From NCBI GenBank assembly GCA_022605425.2, contig JAKIMF020000011.1, positions 372,001 through 436,000 on the forward strand: DNA of 64,000 bases. The letters are read 5' to 3'. The DNA comes from Hamiltosporidium tvaerminnensis FI-OER-3-3 (taxonomy: Eukaryota > Fungi > Microsporidia). The notes below the pieces were generated by a model. It had not been told where the DNA came from. It saw nothing but the letters and a program-made list of their open reading frames with translations, and made no database searches. How positions within the stretch are numbered: the first letter of the stretch is position 1; each line of letters starts with the position of its first letter. Both the position numbers and the translations under genes were made by a program. Shown piece by piece: positions 10,682-24,208 of the stretch.

Positions 10682-13186
10682 ATGAAATTAAAGCAAAGGT
10701 TCAACATTTATAATCATATCCACATATATTTTAAAGAATATGTAATGAAAATATACGAATACATCGGTCTATATGTTTTTCCAAAACAAATAAGTGACAG
10801 ATCGAAAATATTAATAAATGTACAGAGAACAAATACATTGGATCTGTTGATCAAATATACCGTATTATTAACAGCGATTAATTTAGATTGTATATCATGT
10901 AATAATACAAAATATATTGATTTTTTATTTTCTGAAGATTCGTCTTGTAGTTTACATTCAAAGGATATGAATTTGTATGAATATTATGAGCGACGAATGG
11001 AAAAAGATTCTTATGTTTTATGTCATGGTATTCATTTACATGAAAATAATCAAATAAAATGTTCAATACCAGATAATGAAGTGGAGCATAGAAAGCTTCG
11101 AGTCATAAGAATGAATTACTTTGATTTAGAAAAGTATAAATTTACTTATATAGAAACTCTAATTGAAAAATCTCATGCGTCCGTTATTCCAATATATTTA
11201 AATAGAAGAATTAGGATGGAAAATTTTTTAGTATTTAAAAACAGTTTAGTATGTGAGGATTTTCATCCCATATTTTTCTTTATTAAATACACTGTTTTCT
11301 ATGAAATACTAGGACTTCTTAATCATTTAAATGGTTATAAATACGACAATATTCGAAGTATATATCGTAAGATAGTAGAATACGGCCTATTAAGACCGTT
11401 TTCTCAAGAAATTCTTGATGATAATCTGAATTTAAAATCCATTTATTTAAAAAATACTAAGAAATCATTTTACATTCTTCTTAAAGTTCTATTTGACGAG
11501 TGTGATTTTGACATTGAAATCATAAAAAACAGATTTTATATTTTGGAATTCAAAACTCTATATTGTGATGTAATCGAAACATTTGAGCACAATTCTTTAC
11601 AATTGTATCTGAAAGATATTTTTTTGGCCCTATTTGGACAGATGCTACATTTTAAACTTAAATTGTTGCTTTGGTTTTTAGATTTCTACGATGTAACTTC
11701 TGTTTCGATTCATATTAAAAATATAGATGAGGATTTTTACATGCAGAAACTAGGAACTCCATATTTAAACAAAGAATATTTATCCACTCTTAAACAAGTA
11801 AGAAGTATGAATAAAACAGAATTTGTTCCTAGTTTAATAAATTTAATTCATTTTGGTATTCAAGGACTATATTGCCCGGCAACTTACCAAAATTCTATGA
11901 TTGATTTAATCGGTCAAAATATGCGAAAAGTTAACAAAATTTTTTGTGGTGAATTAAATCTTCCTGATATCTTTCAGCCTATGATTAGAAGCTTTAAATT
12001 AATTTTACCGAATTTAAAGGAATTGTTCTTGAATGGTGTCAACTTGGATATATGTATTGCAACAGAGTTACTCGAATCAAATATAAAACACATAGAATTT
12101 CATTATTGTGATTTTGGTATTCCGGATTGTAATGAGCTGCTAAATTTTAATTCCACTGGCATATTTTTACCTAAAAAAATATCAATAACTGATTGTTATT
12201 TGTTGCCAGAAGTATTTGAAATTGTAATGAATTCCAAAAATATTTATTGTTTGGTTCTAAAACAAATAAAGAATTTGCCTGAATGTTTTGCTCATGAGTT
12301 TAGTCTCCAACCAAATCTATATGAATCCTTAAGAATTCTAAAAATGTATGAAATAAATTTTTCCGAAAAAGAATTCAATTTTATATCTAACTTCACTAAT
12401 TTACAAAAATTAGATATTAAAATTCCAAATAATAACAATGAGCCTTTATCTCTTGATAAATTCAACTTATGCTCTTTAAGTCATTCATTAGTTACACTGA
12501 AGGTTGAAGGATTTGAAAATTTTACTTTAAAAACTATTGAAACTCTTAAATATTTGCAGAACCTTTACATAAGAGACTCTACAATTATGGAATTCAATTT
12601 GTTTGATTGCTTTGAATCCAAAGAAAATTTAATTCACCTTGATCTTTTCTATACAACAATAAAAGATAAGCAAAGCTTAAATCTTTTGAGTAAATGTAAG
12701 AATTTGGCCGTATTGCGACTTACTCATTGTCTTTTAAAAGAAACCGAGTTTGGTTTTTTAGAAAATGCTAATTTTCGCGAAAATATAACAGAATTGTACC
12801 TAAAAGGCAATAAAATAAATTCATTGGTTTTACTAAAGATTTTCGAATATAGAAAAATCGAATTACTCTCTATTTCATTGAGAGAAACCCTTCAGAATGT
12901 TTTTTCAGTTTTTGAAAATTGTAAATTTATTACAACATTGAAATTTCTATTTATATATGATGGAATACTAAACGAGCAAGATTTAAAGACTATTTTTAGT
13001 TTCACTCATTTAAAATATTTGATACTAGAAAATTGTATAATTATTGAAGAATCTAGTAAGGTATTGAATCGTCTATCAGACTTGCCATCGCTAAAGCTCT
13101 TTAAGATAGCTGATTCAACAATATCTTGTTATGATAAAAACATTATACAGAGTTTTTATGAAACAGTGTTTTCAGATCGAATATAA
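10682..13186 (+). CDS. Leucine-rich repeat protein (microsporidian expanded family), paralogue 1
   Basis: 834-aa ORF with LxxLxL repeats in the C-terminal half (NLQKLDI, NLIHLDL, SLKLFKI); GCCCATA before the ATG. Confidence 0.88.
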   Translation: MKLKQRFNIYNHIHIYFKEYVMKIYEYIGLYVFPKQISDRSKILINVQRTNTLDLLIKYTVLLTAINLDCISCNNTKYIDFLFSEDSSCSLHSKDMNLYEYYERRMEKDSYVLCHGIHLHENNQIKCSIPDNEVEHRKLRVIRMNYFDLEKYKFTYIETLIEKSHASVIPIYLNRRIRMENFLVFKNSLVCEDFHPIFFFIKYTVFYEILGLLNHLNGYKYDNIRSIYRKIVEYGLLRPFSQEILDDNLNLKSIYLKNTKKSFYILLKVLFDECDFDIEIIKNRFYILEFKTLYCDVIETFEHNSLQLYLKDIFLALFGQMLHFKLKLLLWFLDFYDVTSVSIHIKNIDEDFYMQKLGTPYLNKEYLSTLKQVRSMNKTEFVPSLINLIHFGIQGLYCPATYQNSMIDLIGQNMRKVNKIFCGELNLPDIFQPMIRSFKLILPNLKELFLNGVNLDICIATELLESNIKHIEFHYCDFGIPDCNELLNFNSTGIFLPKKISITDCYLLPEVFEIVMNSKNIYCLVLKQIKNLPECFAHEFSLQPNLYESLRILKMYEINFSEKEFNFISNFTNLQKLDIKIPNNNNEPLSLDKFNLCSLSHSLVTLKVEGFENFTLKTIETLKYLQNLYIRDSTIMEFNLFDCFESKENLIHLDLFYTTIKDKQSLNLLSKCKNLAVLRLTHCLLKETEFGFLENANFRENITELYLKGNKINSLVLLKIFEYRKIELLSISLRETLQNVFSVFENCKFITTLKFLFIYDGILNEQDLKTIFSFTHLKYLILENCIIIEESSKVLNRLSDLPSLKLFKIADSTISCYDKNIIQSFYETVFSDRI

Positions 13187-14007
13187 TTAAAATTTTTAAA
13201 ATATTTTAAAAAGATCTAAAATACTCTACAATAATCGAAATATTGTCTAAATATGCGGGATTCATTTTATTAAAATATGGAGGGAAGATGGGGTTAACAA
13301 ATGAAATACATGTGTTTTTTAAAACGCCTTTCCTTTTACTTTTGCTTTCTTTATTATAAATATTTACAAAACTAAAAATTCAATTATAAAAACGTATTAA
13401 TTCAGCTAAAAAAATTTTAAAGTCTATAATATATTACAAATCGAATAGATTTCTATTTTTCTGGGTTCCTGTGTCTTCTAGTTGTATTTTTATATATTTT
13501 CTGTTATTTTAAAACAAATTTAATATTCTGTTTCGTTATATGGTTTTTGGAATTCCAAGATTTGCGCAACAGTTTGAAAAGATACAAAAAATAAAACATT
13601 TTTTTACTAAAAGTCTTAAATTTTTACTGTGTTACATTTTGGTTGGTCAATTATGTATAGAATCTTAAAATATTATACTTCAAAAATATTTTGAAAAATA
13701 ATTTTTATATCGTTCAAATCCCTTAAATCTTATACAAATGAACCTGCGAAAAATCGGAAAGTATTTTAGAAATTAAATACAAGTATTTGTATTCAATCAA
13801 GAATTGATTTTCCTAAAAAATCGGAGAAATAATGATAGGAATGATTTCCGTTATTTTTTATAAAGATTTTAAAATGATAGTTGTAACGAGGTATGGGAGT
13901 TGTTACGTTGCCATTATAAAAAAATTGCCTTAACAAACAGAAACTACAGTAGCATGCAATTATCTGCAGCAATAGATTATGTAAATATATGTGGTAAGTT
14001 TAAAAAT

Positions 14008-14165
14008 AGGTGGATCGATGATAACCACATTAAAAACTATCTGTTTGTCAACGAGTGTCTAGAATTTATGAGAAAATCAGTGTCGGAATTTAGTTGAGTT
14101 TAAACCACACTGGATCTATAGACCCATCTCCTATAATTCTAAGTTTCAACAGATATGAAGAATGG
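14008..14165 (+). mobile_element. Diverged fragment related to the 5' head of the 740-nt retroposon
   Basis: GGTGGATCGATGATAACCACATTAAAAACTATCTGTTTGTCAACGAGTGT aligns to the element 5' terminus AGTGGAGGGAGGATAACCACATAAAAAACTTTCTGCTTGGCAATGAGTGT; alignable to 4765-4910. Confidence 0.6.
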
Positions 14166-17100
14166 AATAAGTAAGTAAATTTAGAAATGAGTACACTCGC
14201 AAAAGAATTATAAAAACCGATTACCCTTCTATAAATTTTGCTTATAATAGAAGCGTTTATATAAATGATTTTAACAACATTCCCATGACTCGACGTAATC
14301 TCTTTGACTCGCTTTTTGACAACGAAATATATATTTAAATTAATTTCATACGCTAAATGGTATATTTATAGTTAAAAACATGTGATTAAAGTAAAAAAAA
14401 ACATCCATATTTAATGAAGGAGGTTAAAAGAATGAACAAATTCAAGTTAATTTTTTTATTATCCTAAATTCATTTTAGAAATTTTTTCTTATTTTTTGTA
14501 GTTTGTAATCTATTCTATAAGTTTTTTATTTTATGACATATTTTAACATCTTATTTCTATAATTTTAAATTCTTATGTATATTATTTCTATAAGTCTAAT
14601 CTATTCCCCGCTAAATTTTTTAAACTGCATTTTTTGTAAAAAACAAACAAATACATTTTTTATAACTTAGTTTCATCTACTTAGCATACAGAAAATTTCA
14701 GTTTTGCTTTATCATTAATTAGTGGTAAAGAAATATAAAGTAAACAGAATAAGAGAGAATGTTTTGAAATACGATAATAACCACCATTTTACAATCGAAT
14801 AGTAAAAAAACGGTAAAAATGGTTTTAAGTTAGCAAAATTAATATAAAATTCCGAAACTTTTTATCGTCTTGTTTAAAATAGCAAATGGTTTTTTCCTAC
14901 ACGTTTCTTTTTTTTTTCTTAAATTTTTATATTCCTGTTTATATTCGTTTATTTCTCTATGCGAATCACTGACAATAAAAATAAAGTAAAATTCTTTCGG
15001 TCTTTAATAGGGGTTAAGCTCTAAACGCTTATATACTATAAAGTTCAAATTAAATTCAATAAAATATTATTTCGATTTACGACAAGATAAAAACAACAAA
15101 GTGTAACAAGGCATTCAAGCAAAGAAAAAATTTATTTAAACTAAGCACATCTCTGTAAATCAGTGACATGTCTTATATTGCCTTCATGACATTGAATAAA
15201 TTCAAGGTTAGTCTAAATATAGCCTTCACACAACATGGGTTCCATAAGATACCCAAAGCCAAAAAGCAGTTCATCTAAAAAGGCGTAAAATTTTAATAAA
15301 TTGGCGAACTCGTTTCCCAGATTCGTTAAGGTTCGTTGTAAGTAGTTAAATCTTGGGTCGGAATCCATATCGGATCCTTCGATATATATAGCTCCTCATT
15401 TACACTATACCTTCCGAGCCGACAGACTTCCGATAAAAATATATCTCGACAACTTACAAAAAATCTAACTAGACATTCAATGTTGTATTAACTGGTATAG
15501 CCTGCTGGTTAGTATTTACGCGCTTTATTTGATTTGTTTTTGTATCTTCCATACCCAGGTCTCCTACCCAGACTGAGCAAAACTTGGTTCTATGCTTTTA
15601 CTTGGAATTACCTTCGGGTTCGATTGAGGCCTATAACTAAGTTCTATAAAAAAATACACATTAAATTTTTAGAAAAAGTTTTAATGTTTCCTGAAACCTT
15701 TCTATTATTTCATAACAAATTCCTAAGAAACAATAGAAGATTTTGTGTAGTTTATATTTGTCTAAAAATATAAACAAGGATTTAATAAATTTATTATCCC
15801 AATTTATGTTCAAGGTGATTTTTTTTAAACAGCTATCTTCTCTATTCTGTTCATGTAAGAAAAACACGAAATATTCTATTGCAAAAAAAAATAAATTGGA
15901 TTAAATACCATTTATGGAACTCCTGAAAATTATTCTTGTTTTTCCTTTACAGTTACTACTTCAGGATTGTGAAAGAGTCTTTATCCCGCGGTAGCAGGTC
16001 GGTGATTACCTGGATATGACTCGCTAAGTATTTTTTCTGTAGAGTAGATGTTTTTTAGATAAGGAATCAAATTAATAAATTTTATCTTAATTAAAGGGAA
16101 TTAACAATTATAAAAATCTCTTTAATTTGTAAGTCAAAGAAATTTTAATGTTATCAACTTTGTTTTTTATTCTTTGATCATATTTTATACTAAAAACAAA
16201 ACGGAAGTTACAAAAAATAATTGAAATGTTTTATATTTAATCGGATTAAGGGCTGAGATTTGTCACGAATGATTTCTTGAAATGTGGACCTACTTTATTA
16301 TTAGAAATTATGAATAACTGCCACAAATGCTTATATGTTATTTGATTATTTTTTGTTATTTTATTCAAACTAGCAATTCTTCACATAATGTGGTAGTGCC
16401 GAAAGCGAAAAACCCCTCGAAAAATTAATGAAAATAATTGAATCGTTGATGAAACTCTTTAAAATTCATGTAATTATAGATTCGACTCCTATATTTGTTA
16501 ATATCCCTACATTGCTATTTATTAATCCTAATTTACGTTACAAGGTAAGGTTTTAAATCTGCCTTTAAACGATCAAGAAAAAACCAAATTTTATTAACAA
16601 TAAATAAAATTAAAAAAAGTGAGAATCATAATATATTTATAATATCTATGATTTCTATGAAAAAGTGAATTAGAAATGTTAATTTTTTCTACAAAATATT
16701 TTGCTGGGACTAAAACGTGTGTAAAATTTCGTTTATTTGTGAAAAAAACAAGGCAAGTGTTCCATGAAACTATTCAATATAAATGTATAATTCAGGCAGC
16801 ATCTAACTTTTGACTTTTGAATTTTCTTCATTATTACTTTTTTGATTAAATCCAAAATACAACTAACATTGCCATTATTGCTTAATAACTAGGATTTTTA
16901 TTCATTTGATGTAAAAATATTTTGAAGACTTTCCTAGCTTTAAAAGGCTCTGGCAAATTTTTAACGCTGAGCTATCAAACAACAGAATATTGTGGCAACA
17001 TTTTCTTCGATTTCTTTGCGGTACTCACAGACTTATTGAGGATACAAGGCTGGGATTTAAATGTGTTAAAGCGAATATTTATGTTTCAAGACTTTCAGGA

Positions 17101-19049
17101 GTTTAAACATTTCACACAAAATGGATTTTTTTGGATAATATGATGTATAATAGAGTGTTTTGTGAAATTGTCATTTTTTAAGCTTTTTATTGCAGAGCAA
17201 CAAATAATTTATATTTTTCCCGATCTAATGTATACTTTCAAATTTTTCGTTAAAAGATTGTTTCTTTATAATATATTTCTCGAATTCCTAAAAATATTTT
17301 TTTTTACTAGTCGTCCAGGTAATATTAAGAAAATTTATAAGCTCGTCATATACTTTCGAATTTAGATTAATTAATTAATAAAATCATAATTTGAACTATA
17401 TTAGAAATTTATTCCGAGTCATTCTCGACCAAATAAAACAAGTAAAGTCGATTGTCTATTCAGAAACATTTATTAAATGTTTTCTTGTATCACACTCTTT
17501 TTGCAACTGTTTGGGCAGCTCATATGATGTTTCAAACGAAACCAAATTCGATGTCAGTGTCCAAAGCTTTGGAAATGATAAAACTTTAATTACTGGGCAG
17601 TCTGGACAATTTACATTGGTTTTCTAGAAAATAATCCCATATCAAACAGATTCAATTGCTCTTCCTGCCTAGAATTATTTTATTTAAACATTGACTTGAG
17701 TTGAGATACATTTGAAAGTCATATATTTTCTGATCGAAAACTTCCAGTATATTTCAAGTAATTTTGAGAGCGTTCCACACCTTACTGACTTTTTATATCG
17801 TAAGTTCAGAAATGACGTGTTTTGTGCGGAAAATCTACATATTATCATATTGATCGGCTCAAAGACAAAGTAAAACAACCATATTTTCCACCAAACCTTC
17901 TGATATTATTATCTATTATTTCTTAAACGTCTATATTCATATTTCTTCAAAATTCATGGAAAAAATTCAAATAAAAAAACGCAATCTTAACTTTGAGTAA
18001 AAAAAATTCGTTACTTCAAGTTTAAAATCAACTAATAAAAAAAACTAAAAGTTATAAAAGCCAAGATATTTTAATTTTCTATATAAAACGTTAGAAGGTA
18101 TCATGTTTGGATAAAATTAACATAACATGACTATATATATTTAAACTAACGATTAAAAGCAATTAATATAATTATTAAAAGCACAATGGCATGGTTTTTA
18201 TTTATCTTGAACACAACCAACATACTTTGTTATTTTCAAGACGTTTGAACGAATACCGAAAAAAATATGCTCGAATTCGAACTAGAGAAGTTATTCACTA
18301 TCTTTGTGTCAAAACCAGTTCTTATTGATAAATTTGCCATCCATGGTTGAAATAGCCCGGTAGAATCCGTTTATAGATGGTATTGGTGCTTAATAATCAA
18401 GTGTTGGCGGAATTTTGCGATTTTATATACCACAATTACTTTTACATTAAAATATACGAATAAAAATATGTTTTGTTTCGAATGTTAGTCGAGGTAAATA
18501 GCAAAAGTATAAATGAAAAAATGGTTCGACATCGAAGCCCATTATATCCTTTGACTTTAATGATATGATTCAGAACAAAGTTTTCAAAATTTTTTTCCTA
18601 CAATTGAAATTATACTCATCGTTGTAATTATTTCTTATTTTTTTAAAAAAATGTTTATTATTAAAAACAACGCTAGGATACGTTTTATCTTTCAAAACTT
18701 CTTTATGAGACTCGAAATCAATTATTCGCAAATATCAATAATTAATATAGCAGAAACACCTTTACCTCAGAAAAAGGGCGCTGTGGCCTGTTCTCTTCAC
18801 CCCATATCTAAGTATATATGGCTCGCAGACCAAAAACCTCGGAGGTACTTGGTATAAATGAAGCGATGCTTTATTTATCGTACTAGTTTACATTTTTAAA
18901 ACTTTTTATTAACATGTTTTTCTTTCATTTTTATTTTTCACGGGATTTCTTTGTTACATTGTTGCATTGCGAAAAATAAAAAAAGAACAAAAATATCAAT
19001 TATCAAAAATTAATAAAATAAAGAATTGAAACTAACAGAAGAGTCTACA

Positions 19050-20780
19050 TATATAAATGGATCAAATATATTGTTCTTATGCCGTTAGGAACATTTCTCT
19101 GTGGTTTTATATACGAAATGGTTTTGTCATTTTTTATTTGTGTTTTGTGTAGATAAATTGAGCGATAGGGTTTATGAGAAATATGAAACAATATGAGCGT
19201 ATTAAGAGAAATTTTCTAAATGATTTTTTTCTTGTCATTAAAGAATATTATGTCAAATACTATTTATGTTCCAAATAAAATATCCATTTCGGGCAAAGAA
19301 CTTGGATTTTTGTATTTTCTAAGCTTAAAAACATAATTAAAGAATTATTTACAAAAATTCGAATTTCTAATGTCGAATTTATAGAAACAAGTTGGGCTTT
19401 CGGACGTTAAGTATATAGGAAGCCTTAGGATGAAATCAATACGTTGATTCCTTTTTAAGCGAGGTTGCGAATAAACTAAAGAGTAATACGACAGATTTTA
19501 ATACATTTGGATACTCAACTTCAAAATAGACACTAATTTATGTAATTGGAATATAAAGCACCTGATATGAAGCGAAATATTTGCAGCGATGAACTTTTAT
19601 AGGCTAAAGCTGTGTTTGTTTTAAGGGTAGAAGAATATACATGTTCTTCATGAAAAAAATAAAAATTTATTCACTTTACAATACATCTCGCAACCATCTA
19701 CTTGCTTTATGTTATAAGTATATGTTTACTTTCGCAAATATGTTTTTTGTCTGCAACAATTAAAGATATTTAACTTAGCAGGTATCAAGCTTCAAAATAT
19801 AGAATTATAATAAGATTTCTTTAACACGCAAAAAGATTTGTTACATTAAAACATATTTCGAAATATAAAACAACTAAACGATCAGAAAAGATAACTAACT
19901 AAATATATGACAAAATAGAAAATATAAAGGAATCAGGGGTTATATAATATTCAAACAACAAGAGATTTTAGTTTTTTGACTCTCGGATATACTTAAAATT
20001 AGATATTAGGCATTTCAATTGAAAGCTTTTGAAACATCTAAAATCGAACAATATTCGGAATGAAAGAAAATCTGAAATATTGCAATCCGTAAATAGAAAG
20101 ACGCGCATTTGGATATTCGAATAGAAAATTTAGGAAAATCTTCAATCTACGAAATAATATTGTGAATAAATACAATTTAGTCTCACTACATGTTTGATAT
20201 AAAACCTAGAAAGAATTGAAATTGTTATTCGGAGAAATTTCGTAAATATGTACATATCGATATGAATGATATTTGAAAGCAAACATATTGACAAATGCGG
20301 TGAAAATCTAAGATATTATTTCTTAAACTTAATAATAATTTAATCAAACCTAGTGAGGTTAAAATATTTGGTAAATGAGATTTTCTTAAATGCTTCAACC
20401 CGAGAAATTAAGTAAGAATTTCTATGCCGGAAACTTCATTTCGTTATATTTTGGATGTAGTTTTATATGATTTCTTATAAGATGACCTTAAACTTATAGT
20501 TGTAAAATATAATATTTTTAGACTAAGAAGTATCGCTATTTTATTAAAAATGAGTATTTTATAGAATCAATGTACACAAAAAAACGTTTAAATCGAATTG
20601 TTTACGCGACCAAGAAGTCAGATATGAGAACTAATATTAACTTTATGATAGCGATGGCACCATAAAATATCCTATATTGAGCCCGAAAACATACAAAAAC
20701 ACACTTATTTTGGATACTTACGAAGATGTTCAAAATTTGTTGACCTTTCAATGATATTTTTGAATCCCTTTTGAAACGAA
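19050..20780 (+). pseudogene. Possible decayed LRR-family gene
   Basis: Broken frames give LRR-like peptides (NLVSLHV, KELKLLF, KFVDLS); many stops; boundaries approximate. Confidence 0.3.
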
Positions 20781-20899
20781 ACTCACGATTAAATCAAATT
20801 TGAAAAGTAAAAAATATTAAAATTAAATAGCATATTTGAGAAGGTGATTACTATATGAAAAATAGAGAAAATATATAAAACCAATGCCTGATTTTGTGC

Positions 20900-23888
20900 T
20901 ATCCTACTCTCTTCGGGGAAAATCTGGAATAAAGTTGGAGGACTGAGCGAAGTTACACAAACTTATCTCGCAAAATGTATTGTAACGAAACCGAAAATAA
21001 ACTACAAAATGCATAAAGCAAAAATTTAAAAGAAATATAAGCCCGAAAAAAACACTATAAGCAATATAAAACATTGAATGGCGGTCTCTCTCGAGCAAGA
21101 GCACCGTCTTATCTTACTCAGGAACTTGAAAAAAATAATATAAATAACGTTGCGCTGCGAAAGCATTGATGGAAGCAAGTCAACATTTTGTAAACAAAAG
21201 AATGCTCTGTTTTATACAGTATAAATATGATTTATTGATTTGAAACAGTCTTTACGGGCAAAACAAATATATTTCAGGGTGAAACTATAGACCTTTAAAC
21301 AAGAGAATATGTTAAATTATGAAAAAAGATAGATTTTTTAGCACTGCCATGGTATGTGGACATGACCAAAAGCAGAATTAAACAATGATTCAAAGGAATG
21401 ATTTCATGGCAGGTCTAAGTATATTTGGAAATTTATCTCAATGTGTTATAAAAATTATGTAAAAATCTTAACCTAAAAATATGAAAGAAACATACACCCG
21501 ACTCAAAATAAAAAGTTAAAGTTATATTTGAATCTCGTAGTAATTATGTAAGATAACCTGGTTTTAGACTAAGCAAACATATGACCGTTTCGGTGTGGAT
21601 TTCCATATAAGCAAGTACACAAATACACTTGGCACTACTACCCATAGGAAAAGCCTATATTCTAACTGACAATAAAATTATAGATTATAGGCATGTGACA
21701 AGTTGTAGAAATGCGCGCAGCAATAGAAATGCAGATATATAAAGTGATTTTTTTAAGTAAGAGTAAAATTTTGACAACATTTAGCGATATTGAAGACAAT
21801 TGGAAATGCAAATCACAAGGACATAATCTGATAGATTTTCGAACAGGATATATAGAAAATTTGCTAATTTTTGAATCTATATTCGGCGAAATACTTGTAC
21901 ATGGCAGAAAATATATAATAAAAGGCGGGTAGTATTGGCGAATCAATCAAACAAACATCGGATGCATTACTAAGATACAAGAAATATGAAACGAAGAGAC
22001 CTTATATGACCATGAATGCGTGGAATAATAATGGTAAGAAAAAAACCGAAAACAAAACGCAAGGTTCTAGCTTAACAAGGACTAAACCCTGATATATTTA
22101 AGAAAAAATAAAGACCATGAGATTAATGTAAGACTCGAAAAATATAAAACATCAGAGACAAAGTGGTTTTTAAAATGTACGTAATGATAAAGACTTAGAG
22201 TATAATTTAAACACCTTTAATTTCAAGGTAGAAATCACAGACGGATACTTACTTAGGTAATTAAGAAAGATGTTGTTGGATAGGCTAAGTATCCGAATAT
22301 CCTTCAAATTCCAAAATCAAATATAAACTAGAATAAAAAGAAGAGAAACGTTTATGAAAGAAATAATGATCTTATTGAAGAGAAAGAAACAGCTACGTCA
22401 GAAGCAACACATGCAAAGACACCAAATAGCAGAATGAGTCAAAATAATCTTATGCGCCTGGTGAATATTGGATCACAGAGGAGAACGTATAATTTTAAGA
22501 AAATATTATGAGATAAACGTCAATAACTCTTCAAACATATATTGGTATAAAAAAATAGACTTAATGAATCAGGTGTAAATCCAATATCTTTTTTCATAAA
22601 AACGAGTAAGCGACATGGCTCTAACTATATAGGAATATCTCCTGTGCCAAACGGTTACATATTTTTTAGAAATCTGCAAAATAATAAATCCATTCACATA
22701 AAGGGCGTTTAAATATCTTCAATGCGGATTCAGAAGAGGCAGATCTATAGATCTAAATCTTTTATTAGGATGGTTCTCGTAATATGCTAAGAACATGATA
22801 TTTCGACAAATCATTTTTTTGAACACTGAAGCAAGCACAGAAAGCATTTTCTGGAAATTATTTTATAAAACAAGCGAAAACTTGATAAATCTCATAAAAT
22901 TATTAGTTTCATTAAACGACTTTGATAGAAAAAAAATATGGTCAACAAGTAATGTAGCCACTAATTTTCGTATTAATATCGAGCCAAGACAAAGCGATTC
23001 AATATCTCTAAAAGTATTCTATCTAATTTAGATACAATGATACGTCAGTTGGCAAAAAATAAAGGTTATACAAATCTAACTACATCACACGATACGTAGA
23101 ATATTCAGAAGACTTAGATGTACCAGGAAGGAATGCAGAAGATATTGAATTCACTTTTAAAGCAGTTGCGGCGAAATAAAAAACACACGAACTTAAGATA
23201 ATTAAAAGCAAGAAAAAATATATGGTAATGTTTTAAAAATAGGACCGCTTGGGAAATGCTTTAAAAATCAATTGATGTATAGTTAAAAGAGTATCGAGCT
23301 CTAAACACCAGGGATCACTTATGCAAGTAGATAATGAAAATTCTCTTGTGCTTAAAGCCTAATATAATAGGAAATAGGATTCATCTAACTATTCGACACA
23401 TACTAAAGTCAAATCTATAAAATCTACATGCGAAAATGAAAATATCTAGGACAATTATAAGATTTACTGGGCGTATGCTTCCAAACATTGGTGATGATTC
23501 AAATATACGGGGCCTTGCAAAAGATAGTAGGAAAATATAGGGACCAATATTGAAAATAAAATGTGGGGAATATGAGCAAAACCTGAAATATATGATCCAT
23601 TAAGAAGCTAATTTAGGCCCCCACTAGTGAAACAAAGTGACTTTGATTGCTTTGGCACGCAAACAGATGTTTGGTGTGCGCTGGTAGGAAAATTTTTAGA
23701 TCTGCTCTTGAAAGTAAGAGAAGACAGGTGAACCGAAACAAGATGCTTTGATCAATGGAAAAAAAATCAAAGAAAACCAAATTTATTGACTTAATAAATT
23801 CTGTGCGCAATAGAGACGAACCAAGAAAGATCTTTAAAGAAACCAGCGATTTATAAAAGGACTGTAGCGCCTCTTTGTTATTTATTTT
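20900..23888 (+). mobile_element. Near full-length decayed RTE-clade LINE (APE endonuclease + reverse transcriptase)
   Basis: Motifs in the expected order: TLN..LSRARA..LTQELEKNNINNVAL (~21070, APE start); FPYKQVHKYTW (~21600); APGEYWITEE (22454, ~APGxDGI); NYIGISPVPNGYIF (22623); QCGFRRGRS (22720); RQSDSISLKVF (~22987); YSEDLDV (23102, ~YADDLD); LKIIKSKKKYMV; RKI.GPI. Terminal CTGTAGCGCC at 23862-23871. Confidence 0.85.
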
Positions 23889-24208
23889 GTCGTTTAGACT
23901 ATATTATGAAGTGAAAACAGACTTGAAAAACATCAAAATTCCAAAATTTTATATTTAATAGAAAAGCCATAGAATTTTATCATCTGAATATATTTTTACC
24001 TGAGAATGTTTGAGTATAAAACATTTTTTTATTACGGAGATAATTTTTTAATAAATAAATTAACGGCTTTGATTAAAACAAAGATTAGAATTTTTATATA
24101 ATTTAATCAAAAGAAGTAAATTGTTTTTTATCTGATAAAAAAAATGATTTAATCTAATAAAAGTTAAGGAATGTTAATATATATAACAAAAAATAAATTT
24201 AAGTGCCC

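Noticed and set aside
14980-17900. Coding-like decayed tracts (also ~5550-6780, ~32750-33250, ~44500-45800)
   Set aside because: Probably pseudogene or TE debris, but no recognisable motif supports a call.
18770-18870. U2 snRNA-like ATCGCTTC in a GC-richer patch (minus strand)
   Set aside because: No GTGTAGTA branch-recognition motif; the patch remains unexplained.
23558-23605. CCHC zinc knuckle (KCGEYEQ) in the LINE relic
   Set aside because: Another frame fits the RTE C-terminal WRIRxNxE pattern better, and RTEs lack this knuckle.
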